From: Clostridiales bacterium DTU073
GTDB lineage: Bacteria; Bacillota; Peptococcia; DRI-13; DTU073
DNA length: 57,464 bases
Reading direction: 5' to 3'
Assembly: GCA_001512665.1 (NCBI GenBank)
Contig: LFSF01000049.1
Coordinates: 794-58,257 of the forward strand
Positions 1-10,776 of the stretch are shown here, piece by piece (the stretch's first letter is position 1; each line of letters opens with the position of its first letter). The position numbers and the translations under genes were made by a program. The notes beneath the pieces were generated by a model, which was not told the origin of the DNA, did no database searches, and was given only the letters and a program-made list of their open reading frames with translations.

Positions 1-32
1 AAATCCAGTAATAGTTTAATCACAACAAACAC

Positions 33-405
33 ATGAGTTCGCCGGATGATCGCGGATGCAAGTACCGAAAGGTCGTATCCGAGGAAAGTCCGAGCTCCAT
101 AGGGCAAAGTGCTGGGTAACACCCAGTGGAGGCGACTCCAAGGATAGTGCCACAGAAACATACCGCCGATGACGGACCATTCCGTACAGGTAAGGGTGGA
201 AAGGTGAGGTAAGAGCTCACCAGCAATCAGGTGACTGGTTGGCTAGGTAAACCCCACTTGGAGCAAGACCGAATAGAGAAGCCATGGAACTGCCCGTTCC
301 GCTTCCGGGTTAGGTCGCTGGAGGTGTCGAGTAATCGGCATCCTAGATAGATGATCATCGCCCCGTTTTACGGGGTACAGAACTCGGCTTACAGGCTTAC
401 TCATG
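33..405 (+). ncRNA. rnpB: RNase P RNA (bacterial type A)
   Basis: GAGGAAAGTCC at 81-91, AGTGCCACAGAAA, GGTAAACCCC and ACAGAACTCGGCTTAC at 377-392; 5' ACACATGAGT pairs with 3' ACTCATGTGT (P1). Ends approximate. Confidence 0.97.
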
Positions 406-416
406 TGTGTTTGTTG

Positions 417-447
417 AAAACACTACGTTTTGACGTAGTGTTTTTCC
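417..447. terminator. Probable bidirectional intrinsic terminator between rnpB and the zinc-ribbon gene
   Basis: AAAACACTACGT-TTTG-ACGTAGTGTTTTT hairpin with A and T tracts. Confidence 0.85.
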
Positions 448-489
448 TTTTTACCCTTCTTTTTTAAGATAGTTAATTTTTTATAGTTG

Positions 490-1200
490 TTAATTAATCA
501 AAATACGTCCGCAGTTATCACAATGTTGGATGACTTTTCCTTCTTTTACTCGTTTCACCAAGTTTGAGGAAACACCAATATGGCAGCCCGTACAAACCTC
601 TTTATGCAGCTTAGCTACAAAACTTACCGGAAAACGTTTTTCCGCATCCAGATACAACTTATTTACTTCAGGAAGCAATTGTTCCTGAACCGCTTCCTGC
701 TGACTTTTTATCTCAGCAAGCTTTAATTCCGCTTGTGCCTTTAGTTTTCTATATTCCCCTAAATCCTTATTATATTCCAACTGACAAGCCCTGATCATTT
801 TTTTATCTTCTTTCTTCTGCTCTTTACTCTCTTCAATCTTTTTTAACAGATCCCAATATTTGTTTTCCGTCTCTTTTCCCTGATTTTCTAATTTTAAAAT
901 GGATTGTTGTAAAGAAAGAAGTTCTTTTAAACTGCTACCCCTGGCATCATAAAGTTTTTCCTTCTGAATTTTTAACTGTTCCGCCCGTTTATTGCTCTCT
1001 TTTTCTAACTCTTTAACTTCATTCTCCGATTTCTCAATCAACTCCGTTAAAGACTGCAATTTCTTTTCACCAATTTTAACATTGTCCCGTAAATCTTTTA
1101 ATTTTTTAACTATAGCTTTAATTTCATCCGTTTGGGTTAAACTAACCTCTTCCCGTTTTAGTTCTTGCAACCTCCACAGCAGTTCTTCTTGATTGCGCAT
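490..1200 (-). CDS. Coiled-coil protein with C-terminal C4 zinc ribbon (DUF164-like)
   Basis: Long coiled coil, then CTGC...CDNCGRIL; follows Nif3 gene; start moved to ATG 1200 after GGAGGTG. Confidence 0.88.
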   Translation of the reverse strand: MRNQEELLWRLQELKREEVSLTQTDEIKAIVKKLKDLRDNVKIGEKKLQSLTELIEKSENEVKELEKESNKRAEQLKIQKEKLYDARGSSLKELLSLQQSILKLENQGKETENKYWDLLKKIEESKEQKKEDKKMIRACQLEYNKDLGEYRKLKAQAELKLAEIKSQQEAVQEQLLPEVNKLYLDAEKRFPVSFVAKLHKEVCTGCHIGVSSNLVKRVKEGKVIQHCDNCGRILIN

Positions 1201-1227
1201 TAAACACCTCCATATTTCTGACTTCAA

Positions 1228-2340
1228 CTACATAAAACCAAAAGGATTACTATTAATCTGCGAAACAACTACCTTTACATCCTTTTTCAACAACTCTTGA
1301 CGTAAATAGGCAGCCACTGTTTCCACTACCGGCCACTCCGTTCCAAAATGACCTGCATCCACTAAAGCCAAGTCCCTTGCTAAAGCTTCTTGGGCTTCAT
1401 GATATTTAAGATCAGCTGTTAAATAAACATCTGCCCCCAAAAAAGCTGCACGCGAAATATAACCGGCTCCGCTACCTCCACACAACGCTACCTTCTCTAT
1501 CTTCTTTTCCAAATCCCCGCAATATCTAACCATAGATAGAAACAGTTTCTCTTTAACCAAAGCAATAAATTCTTTTAAACTTAGCACTTTAGAAAGATAT
1601 CCGATCCGACCAATTCCGGCTTTTTCTCTTTCATTAACCAAAGGATAAAGATCATACGCTACTTCTTCATAAGGATGCACCTCTAGCATAGCCTTTATAA
1701 CATGATTTAATCTAGATTCCGGAACTATAGTTTCAATTTTTATTTCCTCTACTTTTTCCAGCTTTCCTTTCTGGCCAATAAAAGGCTGAGTACCTTCTAA
1801 AGGAAGAAATGTCCCTATTCCTTTGGTACCAAAAGTACAATGAGAATAATTGCCAATCCAACCGGCTCCGACCTCACATATTGCGTTCCGTACTTTATCT
1901 GTATACTCTAGGGGTACAAATACGGCCAACTTATAGAGTTTTTCCTGCCAGCTTTCCGTTAAAAGCTCCACGTATTGTAATCCTAATACGCGAGCTAAAA
2001 CATCATTGACCCCACCTACAGTTGCATCAAGATTTGTGTGCGCCGTATATAAACACATTCCCTGCTGCACTATTTTCTGAATAATCCTTCCTCCAGGAAG
2101 ATCGGTGCGTAAATTTTTCAAGGGCTTAAAAAAAGGGGTGTGGTGGACTATTAACATATCCGCTCCTACACCTTGCGCTTCCTCCACAATTTCCTCATTC
2201 AAATCTAAAGACAGAAAAACACAAGAAACAGACTGAGCGGGACTACCTATTTGCAAGCCAATATTATCCCATTCTTCAGCCATTTTTTTAGGTGCATAAC
2301 TCTCCAGTAAGTTGATTATGGTTTGGCAACTAACAGCCAT
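1228..2340 (-). CDS. Nif3-like dinuclear metal centre hexameric protein (YqfO-like)
   Basis: WDNIGLQIG, HH, HTNLD, HPYEEVAYD, DAGHFGTE motifs. Confidence 0.95.
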   Translation of the reverse strand: MAVSCQTIINLLESYAPKKMAEEWDNIGLQIGSPAQSVSCVFLSLDLNEEIVEEAQGVGADMLIVHHTPFFKPLKNLRTDLPGGRIIQKIVQQGMCLYTAHTNLDATVGGVNDVLARVLGLQYVELLTESWQEKLYKLAVFVPLEYTDKVRNAICEVGAGWIGNYSHCTFGTKGIGTFLPLEGTQPFIGQKGKLEKVEEIKIETIVPESRLNHVIKAMLEVHPYEEVAYDLYPLVNEREKAGIGRIGYLSKVLSLKEFIALVKEKLFLSMVRYCGDLEKKIEKVALCGGSGAGYISRAAFLGADVYLTADLKYHEAQEALARDLALVDAGHFGTEWPVVETVAAYLRQELLKKDVKVVVSQINSNPFGFM

Positions 2341-3044
2341 TTTCGCAACTCCTTTAACTCTTGCAACTTTTGCCTATATTCAAGGAAACGAAGTTTCGCT
2401 CCTTCTTTATCTGATTTCGCCAATTCATTAAGAATCTCCTGCCATCCTTTTATATCTTTTTCCACTAGGTCCACTAATAACGGATGACGTTTTTTAAGCA
2501 GTAACGGTCCGTAAATAGCTTCAATTTCTGTTAACGTGAAGTCGTTTTTTCTATGTTCTCCTTGTTTTTTCTGCTTAGCTCCGATAATTTGATAATACTG
2601 TTTATCCTCATAAATTAATTCTTCTTCATTAATCAACCAACCGTGATCAATAAGCCAATAACGCACTAACTCTGCACCCTTCATCGGTTGTATTATTAGT
2701 TTATCCAAAGACACTACTAGCTGTGGAGATCTCTCCAAAATATCCCGAATAACCGCTCCACCCATACCGGCAATAATAACAACATCGATTTCCCCAGGTT
2801 TGATTACCGTTAACCCATTACCTAACCGAATTTCTATTTTCTCTTGTAAACCATATTCTTCAATAGTTGCACAAGCTTTTTGATATGGTCCTTTATTAAC
2901 CTCTACACCAATAGCTGCTGGCGTTATGTGCTCCTTAAGCAAATAACAGGGAAGAAAAGCATGATCGGTACCAATATCAGCTATCTTAGCTCCCCTAGGG
3001 ACCATCTGTGCTAAGGCCATTAACCTTCGAGATAATCTCAGCAA
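2316..3044 (-). CDS. trmK: tRNA (adenine(22)-N1)-methyltransferase
   Basis: ADIGTDHAFLP, RLGNGL, IAGMGG motifs; synteny after rpoD. Confidence 0.93.
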   Translation of the reverse strand: MLRLSRRLMALAQMVPRGAKIADIGTDHAFLPCYLLKEHITPAAIGVEVNKGPYQKACATIEEYGLQEKIEIRLGNGLTVIKPGEIDVVIIAGMGGAVIRDILERSPQLVVSLDKLIIQPMKGAELVRYWLIDHGWLINEEELIYEDKQYYQIIGAKQKKQGEHRKNDFTLTEIEAIYGPLLLKKRHPLLVDLVEKDIKGWQEILNELAKSDKEGAKLRFLEYRQKLQELKELRKWLLVAKP

Positions 3045-3137
3045 AATTAATCACCTTTTTCTAACTGTATTTTTATATATTCGCTAAACTGACTAAACTA
3101 TACACTTCATAGTCCACAAATATATGTACATATATGC

Positions 3138-3169
3138 AAAAAGGAACCGGTATAATTTACCGGTTCCTC
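3138..3169 (-). terminator. Intrinsic terminator after the tRNA pair
   Basis: AGGAACCGGTA-TAATT-TACCGGTTCCT stem with T-tract on the minus strand. Confidence 0.85.
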
Positions 3170-3181
3170 AACATCCTTAAC

Positions 3182-3257
<76 letters not shown>

Positions 3258-3266
3258 GTTATTTAA

Positions 3267-3341
3267 TGGTGGGCCCACCTGGGATCGAACCAGGGACCGA
3301 CCGGTTATGAGCCGGTGGCTCTACCGCTGAGCTATAGGCCC
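3267..3341 (-). tRNA. tRNA with CAT anticodon, most likely tRNA-Ile2 (lysidine-modified) rather than Met
   Basis: GGGCCTATAGCTCAGCGGTAGAGCCACCGGCTCATAACCGG...GGTTCGATCCC...GGCCCACCA; paired G1-C72 and no GGG/CCC anticodon stem rule out fMet; the Ile2 identity is inferred. Confidence 0.9.
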
Positions 3342-3367
3342 ATTAATCTCTCGCGGAGACAATATAT

Positions 3368-3396
3368 ATTGTATAATAATAATTTTCTTAGGTCAA
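3368..3396 (-). promoter_or_regulatory. SigA-type promoter for the tRNA pair
   Basis: TTGACC-N17-TACAAT on the minus strand. Confidence 0.75.
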
Positions 3397-3436
3397 GACC
3401 TAATTTTTACCCTTCTTTTCCCTAACCTAATCTGTT

Positions 3437-4570
3437 TTATTCTAGATAATCCTTGAGTTTGCGGCTACGACTGGGATGCCGCAGTTTACGCAAAGCCTTA
3501 GCCTCGATTTGTCTGATTCTTTCCCTGGTTACCCCGAATTGTTGACCGACCTCTTCTAAGGTACGAGCCCTCCCGTCATCTAACCCAAAACGAAGACGCA
3601 AAACCTTTTCTTCCCTAGGCGTAAGGGTTTCTAAAACTTCTTCTAATTGTTCTTTTAAAAGGATAAATGAAGCAGCTTCTGCCGGAGCAAGAGCATCCTC
3701 ATCTTCGATGAAATCACCTAAATGGCTGTCTTCTTCCTCCCCAATAGGAGTCTCTAAAGATACCGGCTCTTGCGCTATCTTTTGAATCTCTCTGACTCGC
3801 TCTACGGAAAGATCCATTTCCTCGGCAATTTCTTCAGGTAAAGGATCGCGTCCTAACTCTTGAAGCAATTGTCGCGAAACACGAACTAATTTGTTAATCG
3901 TTTCAACCATGTGTACAGGAATACGAATGGTTCTAGCTTGATCTGCAATTGCTCGAGTTATCGCCTGACGAATCCACCATGTAGCATAGGTGCTGAATTT
4001 AAAACCTTTCCGATAATCAAACTTTTCAACAGCCTTAATCAACCCTAAATTTCCTTCTTGAATTAAATCAAGGAAAAGCATTCCTCGTCCCACATAACGC
4101 TTAGCGATACTGACAACCAGTCTTAAATTCGCTTCCGCTAATTGACGTTTAGCCTCTTCATCGCCCATTTCCATACGCTTTGCTAGTTCTATTTCCTCTT
4201 CAGCAGAAAGAAGTGCTACCCGTCCAATTTCCTTAAGATACATACGTACAGGATCATCAATCCCTACTCCATCAGGTACAGAAAGGTCTAAATGTTCATC
4301 TTCATTATCATCATCAACACCAACAATATCCGGCAATTTTTCGTTTTCATCATTTTCGAGATTTTCAATATCAACTTTATCAGGTGTAACATCAATACCA
4401 AGGACATTGAACTGCTCATAAATCTCATCAATTTGTTCAGGAGTAAGATCCACATCCTGAAGGGTACTCATAATTTCTTGATAAGTAAGCACTCCATCCT
4501 TTTTTCCTTTTTCAATTAATTGTTTAATTTCTGCGATTTTTGATTCAGAAAATACATTTTCATCCTTCAA
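3437..4570 (-). CDS. rpoD: RNA polymerase primary sigma factor SigA/RpoD
   Basis: [53 protein letters not shown]. Confidence 0.99.
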   Translation of the reverse strand: MKDENVFSESKIAEIKQLIEKGKKDGVLTYQEIMSTLQDVDLTPEQIDEIYEQFNVLGIDVTPDKVDIENLENDENEKLPDIVGVDDDNEDEHLDLSVPDGVGIDDPVRMYLKEIGRVALLSAEEEIELAKRMEMGDEEAKRQLAEANLRLVVSIAKRYVGRGMLFLDLIQEGNLGLIKAVEKFDYRKGFKFSTYATWWIRQAITRAIADQARTIRIPVHMVETINKLVRVSRQLLQELGRDPLPEEIAEEMDLSVERVREIQKIAQEPVSLETPIGEEEDSHLGDFIEDEDALAPAEAASFILLKEQLEEVLETLTPREEKVLRLRFGLDDGRARTLEEVGQQFGVTRERIRQIEAKALRKLRHPSRSRKLKDYLE

Positions 4571-6401
4571 GATTTCCCCCCCCCTTCTTCAGGGTTGACA
4601 GCAAGCTCTGTCTCTCTTTTATCAATACCTGAACTTCAGCCATAATTTTTAATGATTTAGTGACATCGCCATTTTTTTCACTCTGTGTCATTAAAATATT
4701 CTTTTCTTCAATCTTTCTATTAAGCAACTCAATTTCCAAGGTCGTTAGACAATCCTGATAAATTCTTTTTCCTTCTTTTAAAAGCTCATCAGATAATAAA
4801 ATCTCAGTCAATACCTGCCTAGCCTCTTCATTCTCTAAATGTGTAACTAAATCTTCAACCTTTATATTATGACCAGCTTGACTTAATAAATAATTAGTCT
4901 GGTAAATTTCTTGATATAAATCATTACTAAACAGCTCTTTACCGCCGGCTTTTTCTACCTCAAGTAGAATTTCAGGTGTTTCCAACACAAGACGAATTAA
5001 AACACGTTGAGCGGTGTCCGCTGCAGTAACGGTATCTTTTTTACGTTGAACTGTATTTTTTGTAGATTGCTCCCTATTATTAAAGGATTGACCTGTTTGA
5101 AACTTTCTAATCTCTGCATAAATTGCCTGTTCAGAAAAAGATAGACGTTCGGCCAACATTTGAATATACCCTTGACGTTTCACCGGGCTTTGCACTCTGT
5201 AGAGATCAGGTACCAGTTCCTGGATTATTTGAATTTTACCCGAAATATCATCCCGATTATACTTTTCCATTAATTTTAATAAATTATATTCAAAAACTGG
5301 ATACGCTTGTAAAAGTGCTTTTTGAAATTCCTCATATCCTTGATTTTTTAAAAATTCATCCGGATCCTCACCTTCCGGGATAGTCATTACTGCTACTTTA
5401 AGTCCTAACTGCTGCAGAAGATCTAAGCCTCTCTTCGTCGCTTTTTGTCCAGCCGTATCAGCATCAAAGCAGGTAACAACATTATAGGTATACCTCATTA
5501 GTAATTTACACTGTTCTTCCGTTAAGGCTGTTCCTAAAGTGCCAACTGCTTGCGTAACACCGTGCTGATGTGCCGTAATTACATCCATATATCCTTCCAT
5601 CAAAATTGCCTGCTCTTTGTTTCTAATTGATCCTCTGGCTAAATTTAGCCCGTAAAGATGTTTCCCTTTACTGAAAAGAGGAGTTTCCGGTGAATTTAAA
5701 TATTTAGGCTGTGTATCATCAAGGACTCTGCCTCCAAAACCAATGATTTTACCACTTGCATTAGTAATCGGAAACATCAAACGATTTCTGAACCGATCAA
5801 CCAGAGTACCTTTCTGACTCTTTACGGCTAAACCTAAAGTAATAAGTTCTTTTTCCGTTACTTTATTTTGTAACAAAAAGCTACAAAGTTGATCCCAAGA
5901 ATCAGGAGCAAAGCCTAATTGAAACAGCTTACATGTTTGCTCTGCTAAACCACGATTTTGAAGATATTGCAATGCTCTTTTCCCTTTGGGTTCATACAGC
6001 ATTTTTTGGAAAAAGTTAGCTGATAATTCATTAATATGATAATATCTTTCTCTTAATGAATTCTGTCTAAGCTTATCCGGAGAAAGCTCATCCTGCGGTA
6101 TCGGAACACCACAACGATTCGCTAATTGGACAACTGCTTCGGGAAAAGAAAGACCGTCCTTTTCCATGAGAAATGAATAAACATTTCCGCCCTTTCCACA
6201 ACCAAAACAATGATATATTTGTTTATGTGGTGAAACAACAAAAGAAGGAGTCTTTTCAGCATGAAAAGGACATAAACCTATATAGTTTTGACCTTGTTTT
6301 TTTAAGACAAGATATTCTCTGATAAAATCTACAATATTTACCCGGTTGCGTAGGTCATCAATAAAATCCTGGGAAAAAAATCCGGGCACATTCCTCAACA
6401 C
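4560..6401 (-). CDS. dnaG: DNA primase
   Basis: CPFH...CFGC zinc finger, [24 protein letters not shown]. Confidence 0.99.
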   Translation of the reverse strand: MLRNVPGFFSQDFIDDLRNRVNIVDFIREYLVLKKQGQNYIGLCPFHAEKTPSFVVSPHKQIYHCFGCGKGGNVYSFLMEKDGLSFPEAVVQLANRCGVPIPQDELSPDKLRQNSLRERYYHINELSANFFQKMLYEPKGKRALQYLQNRGLAEQTCKLFQLGFAPDSWDQLCSFLLQNKVTEKELITLGLAVKSQKGTLVDRFRNRLMFPITNASGKIIGFGGRVLDDTQPKYLNSPETPLFSKGKHLYGLNLARGSIRNKEQAILMEGYMDVITAHQHGVTQAVGTLGTALTEEQCKLLMRYTYNVVTCFDADTAGQKATKRGLDLLQQLGLKVAVMTIPEGEDPDEFLKNQGYEEFQKALLQAYPVFEYNLLKLMEKYNRDDISGKIQIIQELVPDLYRVQSPVKRQGYIQMLAERLSFSEQAIYAEIRKFQTGQSFNNREQSTKNTVQRKKDTVTAADTAQRVLIRLVLETPEILLEVEKAGGKELFSNDLYQEIYQTNYLLSQAGHNIKVEDLVTHLENEEARQVLTEILLSDELLKEGKRIYQDCLTTLEIELLNRKIEEKNILMTQSEKNGDVTKSLKIMAEVQVLIKERQSLLSTLKKGGGNLEG

Positions 6402-6422
6402 CTTAAATTATTTTTAAATTAG

Positions 6423-6510
6423 TTTCGATACAAACTATCGTTTTTCCTGCTTTTTTTCAAACTATCTAACACACAACTACGAATTATTCGTGATAAATTT
6501 ACTACTTCCT
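6423..6510 (-). promoter_or_regulatory. Two candidate SigH-type promoters upstream of dnaG
   Basis: GAAGGA-N17-GAAT (6510-6486) and GCAGGA-N18-GAAA (6448-6423). Confidence 0.45.
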
Positions 6511-6546
6511 TCTTTTTTAAGAAATTTTTTTGATAAACAAGCCTAT

Positions 6547-7581
6547 CTAGATATAAGAACGAGGAATTACTAATTCTTTAAATATAGTAGTGCAATAATT
6601 ATCCGTCATCCCTGAAATATAATCGGTTACACCTCTTTCTATCCCTTCGTTCTCTGCGATTTTTAAGTAAAAAGACGGGAGCTTTTCATAATTCTGTACA
6701 TAATAGTTAAACAAAAACTCCACAACATAAACAGCTCTTTCTCTTTCAGCGCTACATAAAGGACCTAAATAAACAGTTTCAAACATAAATTTGCGCAAAC
6801 CTATTAATGCTTCATTGATTGCCGGGCTAAGACTAATCTTATACAAACCGTTACTAATATTTTTACTACTGTTTTGTACTAAATCCTGAACCAATGTGGA
6901 AATCCGCTCACTGTGTCCCTCACCCAGTACTTTTAAATACTCTTGAGGGATGTCTGCTAATTGTAAAACACCGGCTCTGATACTGTCATCAATATCATGC
7001 TGAATGTAGGCAATCTTATCAGCGTATCTTACAACCTGTCCTTCCAATGTATTGTAACCACTATCTTCCTTTTCCAATCCACTATGATTTAAAATTCCGG
7101 CCAAGGTTTCCTTACACAAATTTAACCCCGGACCTTTTTTTCCTTGTTCTAGATGTGTTAAAACCCGGACACTGTTTTCATTATGACGAAAACCCCCAGG
7201 CAAAAGCCGGTTTAATACTTCTTCCCCGGTATGAGAAAAAGGGGTATGACCTACATCATGCCCCAAGGCAATAGCTTCAATTAAATCTGTATTTAGACCT
7301 AGAGCCTTGCCCACAGTACGGGAAATTTGACTAACTTCCAATGTATGTGTTAATCTTGTGCGATAATGGTCATTTTCGGGTGAAATATATACTTGGGTTT
7401 TATGTTTTAAGCGACGAAATGATTTGGAATGAATAATTCTATCTCGATCGCGCATAAAACAAGTTCTGATAATATCAGGTTCTTCCGGAACCTCTCTACC
7501 TTTACTTTGTGCAGACTTCATCGCATAAGGAGCTAAACTTTTCTCCTCCAAAAGTTGGAGCCTTTCACTGATAATCGTCAT
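6547..7581 (-). CDS. dgt: Deoxyguanosinetriphosphate triphosphohydrolase (dGTPase-like HD protein)
   Basis: RDRDRIIHSKSFRRLKHKTQV, RTRLTHTLEV, HDVGHTPFSH; start likely ATG 7581. Confidence 0.95.
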   Translation of the reverse strand: MTIISERLQLLEEKSLAPYAMKSAQSKGREVPEEPDIIRTCFMRDRDRIIHSKSFRRLKHKTQVYISPENDHYRTRLTHTLEVSQISRTVGKALGLNTDLIEAIALGHDVGHTPFSHTGEEVLNRLLPGGFRHNENSVRVLTHLEQGKKGPGLNLCKETLAGILNHSGLEKEDSGYNTLEGQVVRYADKIAYIQHDIDDSIRAGVLQLADIPQEYLKVLGEGHSERISTLVQDLVQNSSKNISNGLYKISLSPAINEALIGLRKFMFETVYLGPLCSAERERAVYVVEFLFNYYVQNYEKLPSFYLKIAENEGIERGVTDYISGMTDNYCTTIFKELVIPRSYI

Positions 7582-7588
7582 CAACCCC

Positions 7589-8185
7589 CTACAACCGCAA
7601 ATTTTGCGTTGCCTGGCTAACTTCAAAAAGACGTTTCGCCATAATTATCATTCGTTGTTGGGCATACTGGTCTTCCGTTGCCGGACGTTGGGCCGCCACA
7701 CCATAATGACCACAATCATTATCTTTTTGGCCATCACCAATTATCGTCATACCTTGAACCAACATCATTTCATGAATAGCCCTTAATGTACCTTCCTGAC
7801 CTCCAAAGCGAGAAGCACCAACAGCTACGGCGCCACCCACCACATTTAAAAGCTTCTTTTCGCTCCTAAGACATCGTAGTTTATCCCAGAAAGCCTTCAA
7901 CTGCCCACTAACTGTACCAAAATATACGGGTGACCCTATTAATAGCCCATCTGCTTCCCTTAACTTTTGCAAAACCTCTTCCATTAATGTTCCCTTCAGG
8001 CAAGCACCTGTGCAAATAGCCGAGCAAACTGTACAAAATGGAACCTTTACACTTTTCAAAACTTCTTGAGTATGAATAAGCTCCGTCTGCGCTCCCATCA
8101 GCTCTAACTGTTCTAATCCTTTTTTCAATAAAAACACCGTGTTCCCGTCTTTATTCGGGCTACCATTAATAGCTACAAAAAACAT
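7589..8185 (-). CDS. Flavodoxin family / iron-sulfur flavoprotein (NADPH-dependent FMN reductase fold)
   Basis: INGSPNKDGNT, CTVCSAICTGAC cluster, GSPVYFG, RFGGQE. Confidence 0.9.
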   Translation of the reverse strand: MFFVAINGSPNKDGNTVFLLKKGLEQLELMGAQTELIHTQEVLKSVKVPFCTVCSAICTGACLKGTLMEEVLQKLREADGLLIGSPVYFGTVSGQLKAFWDKLRCLRSEKKLLNVVGGAVAVGASRFGGQEGTLRAIHEMMLVQGMTIIGDGQKDNDCGHYGVAAQRPATEDQYAQQRMIIMAKRLFEVSQATQNLRL

Positions 8186-8398
8186 TTTATAACCCCTAAC
8201 GAGGTTTTCACCATCCTTTCAGTTTATATAAACTCAGTATATAATTTCTGTATTTTTAATACTCCTCAAAAGATAAAAGTCCTGCATAATTCTCATAGAA
8301 AAGACAAGAAAAGACAAGGATCTAATTAGCTCCAAAAAAGGTGCAATTCACAATCTCCTTATCTTTTCTATTATTTAGACATTCCATCTTTAAAATTT

Positions 8399-8611
8399 TT
8401 ATGCCATTTTCGAAAAGTCTTTAGGGTCCAGTTTAAGTTTTTCAATGATGCTGGGAATATATTTATTACCTGAACGATCACCATATAAGATTAGATTAAG
8501 ATAATTCTTGCTTGTCCCAATAGCTTCGGCGAGCTGAACCTGGGTCATTCCTAAATCAATAAGTCTTTTCTTTACAACTACACCGAAGGGAGTAAGCTGT
8601 CTCTTACGCAT
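8399..8611 (-). CDS. Small XRE/Cro-type HTH protein
   Basis: MTQVQLAEAIGTSKNYLNLIL HTH; AAAGGAGG RBS. Confidence 0.85.
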   Translation of the reverse strand: MRKRQLTPFGVVVKKRLIDLGMTQVQLAEAIGTSKNYLNLILYGDRSGNKYIPSIIEKLKLDPKDFSKMA

Positions 8612-8725
8612 GAAAGCATCCTCCTTTCAATGTTTGGACTTGTTTCAATTATTTGTTTTATTTTAAAATATTCGATATTCTATACTTCTACGTCTTTCCA
8701 CAAATATCCTTTTTTTATTTTAGAA

Positions 8726-9218
8726 TCATTGCTCTAACTTAGTACGAGGAATGATAATTTCTGCTTTTTCTCCTACTTTTAGGGGACTCTCCGGGTCAAG
8801 ATCTACTTTAATTTTCATGCTTTCTTTATTCTTGTTGGCTGAAGTCTGCATGTCTCTCGGTGTATATTGAGCCTTAACATCAATAAAACTGATCCTTCCC
8901 TTATATTCTTCTCCTCCGCTAAGAATAGTCAATTCTTGTCCGTGGTTAATCTTCGCTAAATATTCTTCAGGCACATAAGTAACCAAATATTTTTCCGTTT
9001 CTGCAGCAATGTCAACAATGTTATAGCCCGGAGAGACAAGACTCCCCTGCAAATAGTTTTTACTAATAATTATACCATCACGAAAAGCCGTAATGGTGTA
9101 TTTGGCCAAATTCTCTTTCGTTTGGCGAATTTGCACTTCTGTTAAAGCCACATCAGCTTTAGCTGCATCTATTTTTTCTTGAGGAGTTTCCTTTTGGACT
9201 AAAACTAATTTCTGCCTA
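8726..9218 (-). pseudogene. C-terminal fragment of a HlyD/membrane-fusion protein
   Basis: YTITAFRDGII, YVPE, GRISFI, YTPRDMQT motifs; frame stays open upstream (RQKLVLVQKETPQEKIDAAKADV) to ~9218 with no start or TM anchor. Confidence 0.75.
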
Positions 9219-9519
9219 GAGCCATGTAGCCGATCTTATTCATTAAACTAAGCTGTGGCATTTTTTGCTCCAAGACATACACTTCACCAGATGTTGCTTC
9301 CAGTATTCCGGCGATTATTTTCACCATGGTTGTTTTACCACAGCCTGAAGGACCAAGTAAGCCATATATACGTCCTGAAGGAATTTCCAAGTTAATATCT
9401 TTGAGGACATGCTTTTTGCCAAAGTATTTATTCACATTACGCACAACGATACAATTAGAACTTGTGTTGATAAATACATTCCCTTGTTCCCTTTTGGGGT
9501 TCATTAATCCATTTAGCAT
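9205..9519 (-). pseudogene. N-terminal fragment of an ABC transporter ATP-binding protein
   Basis: Walker A GPSGCGKT present; sequence breaks at IGYMA, before the Q-loop; no signature motif or Walker B. Confidence 0.85.
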
Positions 9520-9618
9520 ACATGTCCTCCTTGTACTTCAGAAACTCAGAGCATAGTAATTAGACAGTATAATTAGATTATAAAAAATTAATGATCATAC
9601 TTCAATTCAAGTTTATCA

Positions 9619-10725
9619 TTACACATCAAATACCTTAGAAACTTCTTTTAACTGTTCTGCGATAGCTATATGCTGTGGACAGTGTTGTTCACACTGCTTA
9701 CAACCGATACAATCTGCAGCTTTTCCATGGTGCTGGATTAAATTATAATAGTAAGTCCTGTGGGAAGGCTCCAGTCTAAACTGCTTCTGATTATACAAAG
9801 AAAAGAATTTTGGTATAGGAATCTTTTTGGGACAACCTTCTACACAATACTCACATGCGGTACAGGGGATAGCAATATTATTGTTTATAATCTCCGTTGC
9901 CTTTCTTATAATATCTTTTTCTTCATCATTCAAAGGTACGACATCCAACATATAGCTGGTATTGTCAATGACCTGTTCTAAATTGCTCATACCACTTAAT
10001 ATCATAAAAACATTTTCCAAAGAAGCAGTATAGCGGATTGCCCATGAGGCTACGCTCATCTCCGGATTATAATTCTTAAAGAGCTTAACTACTTCTTCCG
10101 GTACATTAACAAGAGTACCTCCTTTAACAGGTTCCATCACAATAATAGGCTTGTTATGCTTTAATGCTACTTCATAACACTTGCGAGATTCTATAATATT
10201 ACTATCCCAATCAATATAGTTTATCTGTAACTGTACAAATTCCATCTCCGGGTGTTTTGCTAAAATTTCATCTAATAATTCTGCTTTATCATGGAAAGAG
10301 AAGCCAATATGTTTTACCTTCCCTTCCTCTTTTAATTTTTTGACAAAGTCAAACCCGCCATGTTTTATGGTTTTCGCATAGTTCTTAACACCAAGGGTAT
10401 GTAACAAATAATAATCAAAATAAGTAACTCCGCATTTCTCTAACTGCTCATTGAAAATTCTTTGATAATCTTCATTTTTCTTGATCAAAAATGTAGGCAT
10501 CTTATCTGCAAGTACAAACGATTCCCTAGGATACCTTTCAACAAGTGCTTTTCGCATTGCAAGCTCACTCATTCCCTGATGATATAGATAAGCAGTATCA
10601 AAATAAGTAAAACCTTGCTTTAAAAAATAATCCACCATCTTATTCAATAATTCCTGATTAATACTTTGAGGATTTCCTTCTTCAGTTAGTGGTAACCTCA
10701 TTAAACCAAATCCTAGCTTTTTCAT
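9619..10725 (-). CDS. Aldo/keto reductase with C-terminal 4Fe-4S dicluster domain
   Basis: [38 protein letters not shown] and [12 protein letters not shown]. Confidence 0.95.
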   Translation of the reverse strand: MKKLGFGLMRLPLTEEGNPQSINQELLNKMVDYFLKQGFTYFDTAYLYHQGMSELAMRKALVERYPRESFVLADKMPTFLIKKNEDYQRIFNEQLEKCGVTYFDYYLLHTLGVKNYAKTIKHGGFDFVKKLKEEGKVKHIGFSFHDKAELLDEILAKHPEMEFVQLQINYIDWDSNIIESRKCYEVALKHNKPIIVMEPVKGGTLVNVPEEVVKLFKNYNPEMSVASWAIRYTASLENVFMILSGMSNLEQVIDNTSYMLDVVPLNDEEKDIIRKATEIINNNIAIPCTACEYCVEGCPKKIPIPKFFSLYNQKQFRLEPSHRTYYYNLIQHHGKAADCIGCKQCEQHCPQHIAIAEQLKEVSKVFDV

Positions 10726-10776
10726 TACTATCCCTCGCTTTTCTAAATTAGTTTTTAGTCAATTGCTTTCTATCGT

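Noticed and set aside
20-226. 68-aa minus-strand ORF
   Set aside because: Antisense shadow of rnpB
8297-8318. Tandem AGAAAAGACA x2
   Set aside because: Only two short purine-rich copies; no spacer structure or evident function
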